Assembly (NCBI RefSeq): GCF_023055435.1
Contig: NW_025963968.1
Coordinates: 5,828,001-5,892,000 of the forward strand
DNA length: 64,000 nt
DNA from: Haliotis rufescens
Lineage: Eukaryota
Direction: 5' to 3'
Position numbers and translations under genes: made by a program. How positions within the stretch are numbered: position 1 is the stretch's first letter; each line of letters opens with the position of its first letter. Shown in pieces: positions 62,064 through 64,000 of this stretch. The notes under the pieces are model-generated. The model was not told the origin of the DNA, made no database searches, and saw only the letters and a program-made list of their open reading frames with translations.

Positions 62064-63581
62064 TTAGTAATAGTAATCACTGGAACCGTAGTAGTATCCT
62101 CCTCCGTTTCCTCCTTTTCCATTTCCACCGTTTCCGCCATTTCCACCGTTTCCACCGTTTCCTCCACCGTTTCCACCGTTTCCTCCACCGTTTCCACCGT
62201 TTCCACCACCGCCGCTTGAACTTCCGAAAGCTTGGGCGAAAGCACTGGCAGCAGCATTGGCTGAGGCCCCAAAACTACCAAATCCACCATCACTACCACC
62301 AGAGCCGAAACCGGAACCACTTGCACTTGCTCCGGCGGAGGCACTCGCGCTTGCGGCGGCAGAGGCAGCAGCTCTGGCAGCAGCTGCAGCAGCAACCTGG
62401 ACACGAGCGTAGGCGGAAGCACGGGCCTCAGCAGCGGCAGAAGCACTAGCTCTAGCTGATGCAGACGCTGATGCACTGACCCTGGCACGAGCACTGGCGA
62501 CAGCCTGTGCGCGAGCTCTGGCAACTGCTCTTCCGGCAGCTGAAACTGAAGCCCTTGCCCTGGCGGTGGCAGAAGCGAAAGCACTTCCACTTGACCTAAC
62601 TCCAGCAATGGAGGCTCTTGCAGCAGCACGTGCTCTTGCAACAGCTCTAGCGTAAGATCTTGATCTGCCCTCAGCTGAACGCACTGCTGAAACAGAAGCC
62701 TCAGCACTAGCTTGAGCACTGGCGAAAGCCCTCCGAGCTGATCGAACCACGGCCTCGGCGCGTGCACGTGCCCTGGCAATGATGGAAGATCCACGAGCAT
62801 TAACAGAAGCCGCAGCACTAGCAGTGGCACTAGCAAGAGCAGATCCATCAACGCTTCCTCCATTTGCAGAGGCCTGAGCCGTGGCCTCGGCATAAGCGCT
62901 GGCTTGATCGTAAGCATCCTGAGCCGATTGTAGTTCGGCAGTGGCTGTCGCAAGTGCTTGGGCCTGAGCGCTGGCACTGGCACCTCCAAATCCACCATTT
63001 CCTCCAGAGCCTCCATTCCCAAAGCCTCCTGCATTAGCATTGGCGCTGGCACTTGCACTGGCGCTGGCATCCACTAGAGATGAGAGCCGTCCTACGAGGT
63101 TATTATAACTGTTTGCCCGAGCACTAGCAGAGGCAGAAGCTGAGGCCCTGGCGCTGCCGGATCCACCACCTCCTCCACCGTTTCCACCATTTCCACCGTT
63201 TCCGCCGTTTCCACCCTTTCCGCCGCCATTACCGCGACCCCAGCCATAGCCTAAAATACATTCAAAAAGTAGTTCAGTTTTATGTTTGTATTGGCATAGA
63301 GGTCAGGATATTATTCACAAAGGTGCGTAGCTTTGGGATGTGTAATATAACTTCACATTGGATGGATTAATTTTACTTTGTATTTCCAGTGTCGACATTG
63401 AACTTTGTAGATGAGCAGGGGGCTAGCTGCTCTTGAGAGAAGGTTTCTTAGGAGTGGAAGTACCGTTCCCTGTCCATATGGTGCCAAACAATTATTATTC
63501 AATCCACATCCATGTCCTCTAAACCCTCCCACTCCTCCCCTCCACACATCCCCATTCTCATCCACACGCACACATGTCATT

Positions 63582-63616
<35 letters not shown>

Positions 63617-63733
63617 ATCATCAAACTGTAAAAGTCCCCAACCAACGGTCCTCCCCAATCCATCTTTCTTACCGTAATAGTCTGCACCCACGCTGAAAGC
63701 GAGGCAGAGAACCAACAGTGGGACCCTCAACAT
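62064..63733 (-). CDS. GAAP: Glycine-, alanine- and asparagine-rich shell matrix protein (415 aa); complement(join(62064..63250,63673..63733))
   Basis: Signal peptide MLRVPLLVLCLAFSVGADYY|GYGWGR, GGN repeats, an Ala/Ser/Arg-rich core (AQALATATAELQSAQDAYDQASAYAEATA) and C-terminus YYYGSSDYYY match my recollection of Haliotis GAAP. Canonical GTAAG/AG phase-1 intron; AATAAA at 61934-61939 (-). Confidence 0.85.
63578..63615. repeat. (CAT)n microsatellite in GAAP intron
   Basis: Direct reading; source of the spurious poly-Met ORF. Confidence 0.95.
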
Positions 63734-64000
63734 TGTGGCTGAAATGAAAGGTAAACTTCTGTAAAATAGGGACATTTGTCATGAATACACGGCATGAAAA
63801 GAAATGTTTCAAACGTACAGATAACCTTTTGAAAAATCTAAGGATTCTCAAAGAAGAAATACGCTCCACAGTTTGGTGCGAATGTAAGGTTTATACGTGA
63901 AACTGAGGCATTGTACCTATGTAATTTAAGTAATCCTTAACTACTAGCCTGATACACACCACACACGCGGTGATTTGGGAGACAAGTCAGTGCTAGGTGA

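Noticed and set aside
61970-63070. Overlapping ORFs 61970..62449 (+) and 62015..63070 (-)
   Set aside because: Shadow frames of the low-complexity GAAP exon
63353-63775. 140-aa ORF with poly-Met
   Set aside because: Read-through of the GAAP signal exon into the intron (CAT)n microsatellite
63810-63900. Possible GAAP TATA box (TATAAA 63890-63895, -) with adjacent TCACG and GTACGT donor
   Set aside because: Cannot be distinguished from intron sequence at the window edge, and it lacks the TCACGATG-N25 spacing, so I do not claim GAAP shares the A/B promoter element

Overview
Eukaryotic (molluscan) genomic DNA, very probably abalone (Haliotis). The last gene encodes a protein I recognise as the abalone shell-matrix glycine/alanine/asparagine-rich protein GAAP. 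The supplied ORF track misses the real genes because they are spliced. Reconstructing GT-AG introns by hand gives seven secreted-protein genes in 64 kb: four small 'family A' paralogs (137-143 aa; two on +, two on -), two large Pro/Ala/Gln-rich 'family B' paralogs (673 and 457 aa; -), and GAAP (415 aa; -). Families A and B look unrelated at first but share several features. Both have a non-coding exon 1, a signal-peptide exon with exactly 73 coding nt and a phase-1 intron, an 'IIIx[QE]DxP' motif, and a repeated Y-D-x-L-(Y)-x3-L-x-[ED]-A-L-D-L-P-like motif. The five copies whose promoter is in the window also share a TCACGATG element about 25 bp upstream of the TATA box. They therefore look like one gene family, which I cannot name, clustered with a known shell-matrix gene. 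Intergenic space holds four satellite families (three tracking the gene copies), several SINE families, a non-autonomous LTR element, two tandem degraded APE-RT LINEs, RLE-LINE and Tc1 relics, and a 164-N gap. No database searches were possible, so functions beyond GAAP are inference.
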